A stretch of 63,473 nt of DNA, the filler included, from Collodictyon triciliatum (lineage: Eukaryota): the NCBI GenBank assembly GCA_043381765.1. It is 4 parts of 4 records of this genome, joined end to end, with 100 filler letters (N's around TTAATTAATTAA, not from the genome) between each part and the next. Parts side by side here need not be neighbours in the genome. Positions count along the whole stretch, not along the records: positions 22,145 to 38,825 come from JBHJMP010001521.1; positions 38,926 to 54,643 come from JBHJMP010001522.1; 2 more parts are not named here. The stretch is one strand, 5' to 3'. Shown here piece by piece: positions 36,582-48,659 of this stretch. The translations under genes were made by a program, and so were the position numbers. The notes under the pieces were generated by a model, which was not told the origin of the DNA, searched no databases, and worked only from the letters and a program-made list of their open reading frames with translations. The first letter of the stretch is position 1; the number at the start of each line of letters is the position of its first letter.

Positions 36582-37989
36582 TTAGTTGTCTTTCGAGCTA
36601 GTTGCGGTTGCCTTTATTGCTTCCAAATCGTCAAACGAAATGCCGCCCAGCTGCCCTTGATGTGCGTCATGTCTCTCGGCTGCGCCTGGGGGTAAACATT
36701 TTGTGATATTAAGCCACATAAGAGGAAAAAATAATATTAATCTTTCAATGTGAATCAAGTCCAAGAGAACCTCTTTGTTTATGGGTCTCTTCCATGTCCA
36801 ATACCGTCTGGGATGTTTCAATCACACTACTTTTCAAGTGTTCATATTCTTTCAACAATCCTTTCAGCTCTTTCTCCACGTTTTCGAGATTGGCTGCATC
36901 CAATAGACAAGATAACGTTTACTATACTTTCTAGTGGGGAACTGTTCACACATTACGTAGAGTATGAAGGACACAATATACATTACTTGATTTTGCTTCG
37001 CAAGCAGAACGAATTCCGTCGATTTCTGGCAAAACCTCCTTTTGGAATCGTTCCAAGTCTTTATCGATTGCTTCAATATCTTGAACAAGGCCATGATTGA
37101 TAGATTGGATCTATTCTCCAGACGGGGAGTTAAAAGAGAAAAGAGAAAAGAGAAAAGAGAAAACCAAGATTTATACCATAGTATCATTAATGATTATTAA
37201 CTACACTCGAATCATATTTGTGTTATCATACTATATTCTCGCCCATATCAAATCCAAAAATCTCGAGAGGCATTTTAAAATGAACAATAATATATTTGGG
37301 TTCTATCAAACACGTATGTTAAAACAGCGTTGATTACTCCTTTCATCTCCTCCTGGAGCTTCAGAATCTCCTGCTTCAACTCGGGGTCGGAATCAATGGA
37401 TTCGAGCAGAGCACGATACTCTCGGCGTTCCTCCTCGTCAATCGCATCCATCACCTCCTCTGGTATCTGGAAAATGTTTCTGACCACGTAGGCAGTGAAG
37501 CGATCCATGTTTTTCCGGGTGGATCCCTGAAGCAAGTCAGCGTAGGAGTCGACTGCCTGAGGGCAAAGAGAAAAAAGATACACACAGGCATACAAAGCAA
37601 CAACACAGCAAAGGATCCATTCGTGTCGAGGATAAGTTTTCAGCCAACTCTAATGAAAAAAAAATAAATAGCAAGTGCATTTCGCTGCTTGGCCATAATA
37701 TAGAGCTCCGAAGAAACCAAAGAAAGAGAGCAAGAGTTGGATCTGATTCAACGCAACTAAAGTCCTTGGTAAAGCCTTTCATGAGCGAAAAAGAAAAGGG
37801 CACCTTTGAAATGGACGTCTTCTCAGACTCACTCATGGGCCCGTCGGACTTTTCTGCCTCCTGGGCGATGGTCATTTCAAGCACGTCGGCTCCATCAGCA
37901 ATCACGCCAGAGACCAGTTTGTCCACCTCCTCGACAAAGGTGGCTGGGTGGAAGTCGAAGAATGTGGTGGCTCGATCAAGCTTCTCCAT
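36582..37989 (-). CDS. MIS12: Kinetochore protein Mis12 homologue
   Basis: TFFDFHPATFVEEVDKLV...KNMDRFTAYVVRNIFQIP followed by coiled coil. The FFxFxP and DxFxxYxxRNxFxIP motifs belong to the Mis12 family. The 3' exons are approximate. Confidence 0.72.
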
Positions 37990-38738
37990 GTTGCACAGGG
38001 TTCGCAGAGACCAAGCAGAATGTTGGTTTCGAAGTGCTGGCTGCAGGCGTTGCAGAGGACGAGTGGGGTTGTTTAGTAAAAGTAAAAGGGTGGGATTCTG
38101 TTTGTCAGCCTTTTGAGTTTAAGGGTTTCATTTGCTGTCAAAGTCTTTCCAGTCTGAATGAGTGAGGAGTGCCTGGTTTTCATTCATGGGTCTGAAATCT
38201 GCGTTTCGATGGTGCGCTGCAAGCAAAAGAATAGTATGATTAACGTTTCTGTCTTTGCTCGGGGTATCTACGAAGAACGGAATTCCTGCTTATGACAAAA
38301 TACGTGTGTGGGTTATATATGTGCTTCTTTCATTATTTTTTTTTTTGGGCTGGGTGTTTGCTTTTGATAGCGGCTCGTGAGAGTCCGATGTGGTAATGAA
38401 TACCTTGAAGTTTTCTCCAGCCTGGATGCTCGCTGCTTTCGATACATTCGTAAACTTTTCGTTCTGACATTGATTTTCTTTGAAGCATCTGCGCCAGGAG
38501 AGCATACTCCCGGATGACAAACAGCGAATATTTATGCGGTGCTGTTATAATATGTTCATGAGGTCTTCATATCTGCGGTGTAGCCAAAGCATTCACCACT
38601 ATAAGCTCTTATCCGAGGTTTTCTTTTTCTAGGAAAGTTGAATAATGGAAAAGTAAGGTTTTCTTTTTCTTTAAAAGAATGGAGATTGCCTTCTTTGATG
38701 AACGTGGATATCATTGTGTTGTAATCCCTTCGCCCTGT

Positions 38739-38777
<39 letters not shown>

Positions 38778-38825
38778 CACCCCCGCTCCGCAACGCCAAC
38801 CTAAAAACTCCAAAAAACCCCTTTT

Positions 38826-38925
38826 NNNNNNNNNNNNNNNNNNNNNNNNNNNNNNNNNNNNNNNNNNNNTTAATTAATTAANNNNNNNNNNNNNNNNNNN
38901 NNNNNNNNNNNNNNNNNNNNNNNNN
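38826..38925. other. Artificial contig-joining spacer
   Basis: 44N-TTAATTAATTAA-44N. Confidence 0.95.
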
Positions 38926-39055
38926 TGTTATTATTGTTGTTATTATTGTTGTTATTATTGTTGTTATTATTGTTGTTATTATTGTTGTTATTATTGTTGT
39001 TATTATTGTTGTTATTATTGTTGTTATTGTTATTATTGTTGTTGTTGTTGTTGTT
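38926..39055. repeat. (TTGTTGTTATTA)n-type repeat at contig start
   Basis: Seen directly. Confidence 0.92.
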
Positions 39056-39213
39056 TTGGATCGTTTTGTCGTCGAGTAGTATCATTCCACTTTTTAAAAA
39101 AATAAAATACAAATACCGAAAAAAGTGAATTTTGCTATAAATTCAGTTTTCGCGGCTGAATTCAATCGATTAATATCTAATTGTGATGTTCGGTTTTTCG
39201 TTCTGAATCAAAT

Positions 39214-42200
39214 ATGAAAAGACTTCTCCATTACGTGGCTGAGTGTGGGGCTGTGAAGTGTCTGAAGTACCTGTGCCAGTTAGGCGCAGCGGTTGATGTT
39301 ACATCGGATACAGGAACAACGCCAATTCATCTTGCAGTGGATTCGAATCACATTACATGTGTACAAGAGCTCATTCGGCATCGAGCAGACCTGAATTTAT
39401 CGTTGTTATTATATTCATCGCATCTTGTTTCGTTTTTTTTTTATCTATGAAAATTTCAGAATATATAGGAATATGCAAGAAACTTAATAATGCATTCAAG
39501 TCTGAGAAAATATGATAATACGATATGATGTGAGGGAAATTTATGGAAAATTGGTTGATTCCAATACTATTTCACAACTAAGCTAATAGAAACTACATGT
39601 AAAAGGGACGGCTGGCTGGGCTATGCCACACTTCATTGGGCAGTTCGACAAAGGAATTTGGATATGGTCCGTCTCCTCGTTCGAAGGTTCGATATCGATT
39701 AAAATAGTTCCAGAGAAGAAAGAGGGAGATGAGGAGAAAGTAAAAAAAAAAAGGGTGAGGGGGATGGATTTGGGAGAGGAGTGGGGGCCACCAAAAGGTA
39801 TAATATAAGACAAATAAATGGTTGATTAAGTTTGATGTGTCATATATTATTGACATTTGGGTCTGTCGTAGTGGTGCTGGTATCAACCTTCAAAACAACG
39901 AGGGTAACACCCCGGCGCATATGGCAGCCAAACTGGGAGATCTTCAAATACTCGAACTATTAGTCACAAGGAGGGCCGATGTAATATATATGAATTTTAA
40001 AAAAAAAGTTGTTCAGCGTTTATGATTTTATTCTTTCATCCTTTCATCCTTTCATCCTTTCGTTCTTGCTTCTTTTTAATGTTTTTTCATCGGTATTTGC
40101 TTTTTACGCAAGGAAGAATCAAAGCTACTTGCAACTGTATGAAGAAGCTTTTTTTTTTTTTTTTTGAAAATTACTATTATGCAGCTTAATGTTTTGAACG
40201 ATGCAAATTTGAAGCCGCTGGATATCTCAATCAGGGAAAACCACACAGAATGTACCCAGATACTAAGGACTCCTCCTGCTGCACGCCCCAAGGTGAGTTT
40301 ACATTCTACACGCGCAAATGTCAATAGTTTGATTAAATCAAAAATTAAACCCTTGAGCTCCGTCCCAAGGTATTTGCCAATGTTATGTAGTGTGCATTTT
40401 TTTCAATACAGCTCGCTTCATTTTTTTTCTTTTATTTTATTCTTTGGTTCTGGTGCAGTCTGTGAGAGAAGAAGAGCCTTATCCTTTTCCGAAGAATACT
40501 CCACAATCATTCATTTATGGAGACCCCAAGCCAACTCGACACAATATTGTTTTGCATGACAGTTAATAGAATTATAATTCATTTACCCTACTCTGTATTT
40601 TTTGTTTTATTTAAATGCATTTGCTTATTTTGAAAAAAACTTTTTCCTTTATTCCACATTGAAGGGAAAATATTATGGCTTCCTTTGTGACTCCCTACTC
40701 CAATATATATGTATAACATGGTAGATTGGCATCCATTTTGAAATCACTTTTATTTATGTATTTAAGTCACCAGCGAATACCCCAGTGGAGTCCTTTCTCC
40801 CAATAGACTATCAAGGGCTGCAACTCATGCAACAAGCATTCCGCGCGCGCTGAGCCCGCCTGAGATTGCGCGACTAGAAAGAAGCAACACAACCTGGTCA
40901 AGTACCGGTAGTCTAAGATATAATCCTTCGGCTTTTGAATCTACTTCGTCTGTTTTGTCCTTTTCCACATCTTCTCGGTCGCTTTTATCGGAAAGCCCCA
41001 GCTTGGGTGACGATATCGATTACAAGGCTGAGATGGCAAAGTTTGATGCAATAGTGCATAATTTCTCGAGCAAGCTGAGCTCATGGCAAGATCTGGTCGC
41101 CTATATAATGAAGTAACTATATAAGCACCCATGTGCTCTTTCTTGAATATTTCATCGCTTCGTTTATATGTCTGCTTCCATGAAATAATCAAAATATTAT
41201 TAGAAAAGAGAGAGACACAGATATGTAATCTAAAACTTAAATTTAGACCAGCAGAAAGAGACTCCAAAATACTGTGCGTTTTAGAGAAGGATACTTCATT
41301 GAATGGTATTTACCGGTTTTACTTGAAATGGGAAAAAGATTCTAGGAAGAGTTTGTTACTGCAATCTTTTAAGAGGCTATCAAGGTAAGTGTGCTATACG
41401 TTTACTCTTGTCATATATCTATATGATATATTCTGATGAAAAGCCGCTTCGTTATCCTTGCTTATTTTATTTAATTTAATTGCACCCTCTTCGTCATTTC
41501 TCATCGATGATTTGCGTGGTTTAATTAGCACCACCCCAAATTATCCGATAGGCCTATCAAAAAAGGATATTACAGATCGTAATACGAGTGGTTACCTTGG
41601 AAAATTGAGGTTAAGTGCATTCGAATATACGCAAGATTCAAGTAACGCTGATATAACCCCTCTTGAACTTAACTTGTATATCCTGTCGTATTTAACAGGG
41701 GAAACGGGGCAAAAAATGAATATATTGCTTTTAATGCTGGTATAAATCCTGATCGGAGGTCCTCCGTTGGTCGCTTCAATACCCGCTCCGGCCTAGCAAC
41801 AGTCAAAATGGTTAGATTATCTATTTTCCTGTAACTAATCCGTGCAAAACTTCAAGTCTAAATCCATTTTCTTGGTTGCGCTTTTCTTATCTTGAGCCAA
41901 TATCTGGATTTATTTGTTATCTTTCGCTTTTTTTCTCCATTGTCCTCCACAAAATTGGAAGGAAAAATAAAAAAAATCTTTCGCTTTTCTTCTGTCATAG
42001 TGATTTTTCCTTTTCCTACTCAAATTAAACCTTTATGTAAAAAAAAAAATCACCCCGTAGAGTGACAGCCCAACGAAGAGATATACGGTTTTGTTTATTT
42101 CGTTTCTTTGTTTCTTTGTTTCTTTGTTTCTTTGTTTCTTTGTTTCTTTGTTTCTTTGTTTCTTTGTTTCTTTGTTTCTTTGTTTCTTTGTTTCTTTGTT

Positions 42201-42503
42201 TCTTTGTTTCTTTGTTTCTTTGTTTCTTCGTTTGTTTAAGTTCGAAATGAAAAGGTCGATATAGTCTATCGCCCCTGCATATTTTACGAATATGGACCAC
42301 ACAACAATAACAAGTCATGTGTTTCTTTAGATTACCATTCCCAATCCAGATCTTGCGGACTCAGAGTACATAAGGCTGCAATCTTCTGTAGAATCATCGA
42401 TACCTGGTAAGCTATCTGCCATGCATCGGCCCTTTGGTCTAAATGAATGATGCGGATTTCTATCCCCCTTTAATGAACTTCTCATCTTAAGTCGAGATTG
42501 TTG

Positions 42504-42558
<55 letters not shown>

Positions 42559-43185
42559 ATCCCTTCATTCATTCTGGCCGATTCTATATCAATTATTAAG
42601 TACTCTCTTCTATTGATTATTAGATTGCTAAATTTTCGCTAATATTTATCGTATACTCAGAATCTCCTGACCGGAAGAAAGATAATTCTATGGTAACGTT
42701 TTATTGTACCCAAGGACAAAAAGGTATTATTAACTTGTCAAAATTCATCCTTCTCGTTTACTTGTTGCTATGATATACTTATTTGCTGTTGATTTAAGTT
42801 CACATATGTTTCAAATATTGCACAAACAACTAGTGAGATGTAGTTTCCAGTTTCTGTAATTTCCCTTTCTTTTTTTTCGACGATGATCTAGTTTTACAAC
42901 ATACAATCATACCATTCAAATTTTATCACTTTGCCGCTCTGTCCCCACTTACGCTGCCCTTTGAAATATATAGAGAACGCCAAACCAAATCTCACCATAT
43001 CAGCAAGGACAGCTTTAAGTGCTGAGATACTATTCACATACCCCTTGACCCCTTTCCAGGTAAATCCCTTCTTGTACATATTATGTTATTGCAGATTGAA
43101 ATGTCATCGTTCTCGTTGTTTTTTCAACAGGTATTTTCTGTATGTCTGGCGATCTTCGACTCTTCCTAGAGAAGAGCGTATTTAG
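39214..43185 (+). CDS. Ankyrin-repeat protein, multi-exon, probably 5'-incomplete (contig start); 3' end uncertain
   Basis: LLHYVAECGAVKCLKYL...GTTPIHLAVDSNHITCVQELIRHRADLNL|SDGWLGYATLHWAVRQRNLDMVRLLV|GAGINLQNNEGNTPAHMAAKLGDLQILELLV...|KPLDISIRENHTECTQIL, i.e. about 5 ankyrin repeats followed by low-complexity exons. Confidence 0.75.
42102..42228. repeat. (TTTCTTTG)n octamer repeat, intronic
   Basis: Seen directly. Confidence 0.95.
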
Positions 43186-43310
43186 AGAGAAAGGCTTATT
43201 ATCATCGTAATGGCACAGCCAAATACTCTTCATTCAATCTCCCTTGCGCTTCTATCCCTTCACGTCCCCAACCACCACCCAACCACTCACAATAAACCTC
43301 CCATCCAACA

Positions 43311-43347
43311 TTCGCTGCACTTTGAATCGAATAAAGCAAGAAAAAAA
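43311..43347 (+). mobile_element. Micro-insertion copy 2: ACTTTGAATCGAATAAAG + CAAG-poly(A), flanked by ~17-bp direct repeat
   Basis: Core at 43319-43336; AAACCTCCCATCCAACA before and AAACCTCCCACCCAACA after (one mismatch). Confidence 0.7.
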
Positions 43348-44800
43348 AAACCTCCCACCCAACACACCCCCAAGCCAAACGCCGCGGAAACACACTAAAA
43401 TTTTCCATTTATGGAATATAATTACAATATTTACAAAAAACCTTAATAATGCATCTTTACAACAAATAATCTATAAACTGTCTATAAAATATTTTTATTG
43501 TATAAGTATGCCGATAGCTGCTCAACATGATAAGGGAGTATCTCTTAAATTAAGCTTCAACCCTGCACCGCAAAAATTCACTGAACTTACAACATTCCAG
43601 CCATAATTCCATATGCTTTTTTGTCCCTTCCAGCGCAGTCAATGTGTCCCCTGGCCATTATGGCCGACGCGCGAGGCGTCAGCGGGTTGAAAAGAGCTTC
43701 GGGCTTGAAGGGACGCGGTTCGCGGGTGTAGAAACACATATATACCAGACCACATGCCAAAGGGGTGTATAAAAGCATAAACGGCAAAGTACAAAGCCGC
43801 CAGCTGGGGTTGATAAGCTGGGAACATTCTCTGTCCCTTGTGCGAAGCCTATGGCCGGCGGGGTGGAGAGAAGTCGCACCGTGCGGTGTATTTATTGCGG
43901 CATTGGTCGCCTGGGCGGGTGACAGGAGACTCACATGGTCAAGAGAATGTCCGCAGGCAAAGGGCCGCTACCCCCGCTATCGCCTCGTAGCGGCAGCGCC
44001 TCGCGGTTACTGGCAACTGGCCAGCAGCCCAACCGCACACCGCCACCCCTGTATTCTCCGCAGTGATCAACAACGCGNNNNNNNNNNNNNNNNNNNNNNN
44101 NNNNNNNNNNNNNNNNNNNNNNNNNNNNNNNNNNNNNNNNNNNNNNNNNNNNNNNNNNNNNNNNNNNNNNNNNNNNNNNNNNNNNNNNNNNNNNNNNNNN
44201 NNNNNNNNNNNNNNNNNNNNNNNNNNNNNNNNNNNNNNNNNNNNNNNNNNNNNNNNNNNNNNNNNNNNNNNNNNNNNNNNNNNNNNNNNNNNNNNNNNNN
44301 NNNNNNNNNNNNNNNNNNNNNNNNNNNNNNNNNNNNNNNNNNNNNNNNNNNNNNNNNNNNNNNNNNNNNNNNNNNNNNNNNNNNNNNNNNNNNNNNNNNN
44401 NNNNNNNNNNNNNNNNNNNNNNNNNNNNNNNNNNNNNNNNNNNNNNNNNNNNNNNNNNNNNNNNNNNNNNNNNNNNNNNNNNNNNNNNNNNNNNNNNNNN
44501 NNNNNNNNNNNNNNNNNNNNNNNNNNNNTTCCTACCAAACTGCCTTGTGAATCCCAAAATGCCAGAGCCCAAGCCACTGAGGACGCGGTACAAAACTAAT
44601 TAAAATTGACTGTCAAGCTGTTTTTGTTTGTGTATGTGCCATTGCTTTGCTTTATATTCAAAAGTATTTTTACTTCAAGCGGAAGTGAATATGAATGCTA
44701 ACCTGAGAGGTTTAGTGGACACGCTTTAACTCTTTATGGCCTGTAACTTAATCACCATTGCTCACTTTTTTTTCCGTTGCTGTCAAAATATATATTGCAG

Positions 44801-47491
44801 GCCTACAAGTTCATTGGTTACTACACCAACTGGGCCCAAGTAAGATTCTAATACCACCTAACTATTACAAGGAACAATTACGTTCAATTCATACACAATA
44901 GATAATCGAGACAGAAACGATCAATATGCAGTGTTTTTTTTTTTTATGCTTTTGTACTAAAAACGTCTAGTTATCTGTATGTATCCTATTTCCTAAACTG
45001 AGTGAGCTCTCTTTCTTCTTTTCTTCTCTAGTATCGCCCTTCACCCTACCAGTTCTTCCCCGAGAACATCGATCCTCTGCTCTTCACCCACATTAACTAC
45101 GCCTTCGCCAAGGTGTGTGTATATTTGTCGGGGCCTTGGGCCTACCTCAACATCGTAAAGATATCTGGTCTCTTAGCTATACATACTCAACATTTCCCCT
45201 TATTTCTCGCTAGGTTGAGGATCGCACATGGCAAATCCTTCCCTACGAGTGGAATGATGTCCCCACTATGTACAACCGTATGATGGCGTAAGTCCGACAA
45301 GATATGCTATCAGTTTCCCTCTATTCGACAAACTAAACAATCTACACAACATTGGAAGCCCTACACTTACAGCCTTCTTCCCTAAAGGATAATTTCACTG
45401 CCAATGCTTTTTTTTTTATTATTATTATTATTAAAAACCAACGAACATACACCTTAGCCTGAAGTCTGCGAATCCCAACCTGAAGGTTCTTATTTCTCTC
45501 GGAGGATGGAACTTCAACTACTACCCTGCCACCAAGTACATCTTCTCCAATATGGCTTCCTCATCTTCTTCGCGCTCCACCTTCATCAAGAATTGCATCG
45601 CCTACGCACGGTAATATTAACTGAACTTAAAATATCTATAAAACCAAGATGAGCTGTTTTGGTAAATTATGCAAAGCTTATAAGTTCTATCATCAATAAT
45701 ATTGACAACAGCATGACTATATTTGCCTTATTTCAGCACCTATGGATTTGACGGCGTTGACATCGACTGGGAATACCCAGCCAACCCCAGCCAAGTACGC
45801 ACAATACTCTACCCACTTTTGAATGATTGGAGCAAGAAACGCGTCTTTTGTCTTCATTCAATGATCAACAAGATATAGCATTGCAATTCTCAATATTATA
45901 TCCGAAAAAACGTAGGGTGGATCTCCTCAGGACAAGCAGAACTTTGTCTATCTTCTTAAGGAGTTCAGAACCGCCATTAATAATGAGGCTGTCCCCCCTG
46001 GAAAGGTTCGATTATTTTTTGATTTTATTATTCAAATAAAAGACAACTTAACCCAGATTGCCATATCACTAGAGGAAATAACCATTTGTTTCCTTGAAGT
46101 ATAGCTGAAATGCACTTATTTTGTAACTGAGTTTAATTATTTTTTTTTCATGAGGTGAACATTAATAGCGTGTAATTATAATTTATAGCAACGTCTCCTC
46201 CTCACCATCGCAGCCCCAGCTGGCGAATCCAACATTTACCCTGGATATGACATCCCCAATATCCACAGCTCATGTATGACTCATCCCGATGGAGACCTTG
46301 ATAATTTCAGCGCACTGCTGTTTCATTTCAAACGTTACTTTTTTTTTGTCCAAGAACTTCTCAAATCATACAATGATTGTTGAATAGTGGACTTCATTAA
46401 CCTGATGACCTATGACATGCATGGCGCCTGGGAATCCGTCACCGGAGCAAACACCCCGCTCTATGACCCTTCTTCAAATCTCAACATCGACAATGCTGTT
46501 AACATCTGGGTTAACGGAGTAAGTCTGAATTGATACCCCGTTTCTTAATATGATGGCCATGATTTGGTCTCGAGAAGTTCGTTCTGCATTTAGTATTAAC
46601 TTATATATCAACCTGGGTATTTGTAGGGAACACCTTCAAACAAGGTCGTCCTTGGTTTGGGAACTTATGGCCGTACCTGGACTCTTGGTAAGAACCAGTC
46701 TTTTTCAAAATGGGATATCTGGATTTCTGAATAAGAAATGCAGCACATACGTTCTATTCCATATTTTAAAACATGCCAGGTTATTATATGTTAACCAAAA
46801 TGCTGACTGAGGTGCGATGTTCATTCAATTGTCGTAGCTAACCCATCGAACAATGGTATGGGTGCTCCTGCTGTTGGTGCTGGTTATGCTGGAACCTACA
46901 CCCGCGAAGGAGGCTTCTTGTCATACTACGAGATCGTCTCCATGCTTAACAGCGGAGCAACTCGCAGATACGACACTGTCCGCAAGGTCTTCGCCTCTCT
47001 ATATCATCTCTATTGAAAAAGAACATAGCAGATGCCATATTTTCATTATTTAACTTTATTTACACCAGTCTGAGATTTGTTCATCCAATGGTCTCGTTGC
47101 TCACCACTTAGCATTCAGGTTCCATATGCCTATCTTAACAACCAGTGGGTTTCCTACGACGACGTAGAGTCCATCAATACAAAGGTATGCATACCGCTTG
47201 TTATTATCCAATCAGTACTTATCGTTTGTATCATTCTGACGGTGAATTATATACTATCGACAACAGTGTGATTTCGGGTACTTTATCTCTTGAATTGCTC
47301 TGTCCCTTTTTTTTTTTCTTTTCCTTTTTTTTTTCCCGGTCACTATGACTAAATCTTATGACTAGGTGGATTACCTTCGCTCTCGCAACCTTGGCGGTGC
47401 CATGGTCTGGGCTCTTGACTTGGATGAGTTCTCTCGTGGTGCCTACCCTCTATGCCGTGCTGCATACAGCCGTCTCAATGGCAAGGAGTAA
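44801..47491 (+). CDS. GH18 chitinase (chitotriosidase/AMCase-like catalytic domain), multi-exon; first exon uncertain, near the gap
   Basis: YKFIGYYTNWAQ|YRP...ENIDPLLFTHINYAFAK, LKVLISLGGWNF, intact FDGVDIDWEYP (DxxDxDxE), DFINLMTYDMHGAW, YGRTWTL, GFLSYYEI, QWVSYDDVESI, LGGAMVWALDLD; stop at 47489-47491. Confidence 0.95.
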
Positions 47492-48405
47492 GCACACCCA
47501 TCCATAAACGAAATGACATCTGAAATATTCCACACCGCTCGCACCATTCTTAAACATCTACCTCTTCTCTCTACTTTGATTCCTTTCACATATTCCATGT
47601 ATATAAAATATAATATAATAATTTCTTCTCTATGCAAACCAAACATTATCTCATCTTCATCACGTCTTTTCCTTCCTACTATCGCGGTGTTCCCCGCCAC
47701 CCACGAAATCCGTTCACCAAGGCTATCTGCACCTGAGGTAATTCTAATTCATGGTTTTATTAATTCAACTTGTACATGCAAAGATTCGGCACCCTTGTTG
47801 TCGATATACCTTTCTATTCTCTTATCTTTTGTCCTTTTGATTTACCTGGTTCAAGCAAAATATTCGCCCAGTGTTCTTTACTGCGCGCGAAACCCTCCTT
47901 TAAAACGCCACGCCTCATTTTATCCCCTCTGTAGGAAAACTAAACGCTCAGGGTTGCTGGGAAGTGCCGGGCGTTGTCCTCAGAGCTATGGGGCTGATGA
48001 ATCGCGCAACGTGGTGGACAAAAGGGAAGGCACCTGGCTGTGGCTTCCACAGCTTCTTCTTCTTGCATCTCTGCTGCTGATACCTACTTCATGTTGTTTT
48101 CTCGCAGGGAACAAATCACCACACCTGTCGGCATTCTCCCTCTCTCACAGGCAGCTCAGCTAAACTGACGCACGACCCAAAGCAGCTCTCCCACGCCCTT
48201 CTCGTCAACCCCATGCCTTTATTTCTCACCCTTCTAGAGGGGCCGCCCTTTTGGCTCTGCTGGGCCTGCTACTATACTTTACTGCTGTTGTTGTTTGTCA
48301 TCCGTGTTGGCGCAGTCGGTGGTTCGAATGGATGGCAGCAGCGGCAGAGAAGGAAAAGGAAGGAGCCGGGCATCGGACCATGGGTGAGAGAAGGCAGCCT
48401 CCAGC

Positions 48406-48607
48406 TTAGCCAAGGACGGGCATGCTCATGCTGGACGAGAGTGTGCTGATGTCGTCGTCCTTCCAGAGGCTCGTGATGGTCTTTGTCTGCGTGTAGAACT
48501 GCACGGCCGTCTTTCCTTGGAAGTTCACGTCGCCGATGATGGAGCCACGGGAGCCGGTGAAGGAGAAGAACGGGAGAGGCACTGGGATTGGCACGTTGAC
48601 TCCGACC

Positions 48608-48659
<52 letters not shown>

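Noticed and set aside
38290-38760. Minus-strand exon-like fragments (e.g. TMISTFIKEG) at the contig end
   Set aside because: I could not build a consistent reading frame or assign a family, and the region is truncated by the spacer.
20611-47491. Glycan-modification cluster (SGNH esterase, CE4 deacetylase, GH18 chitinase)
   Set aside because: The three genes sit on three different contigs joined artificially.
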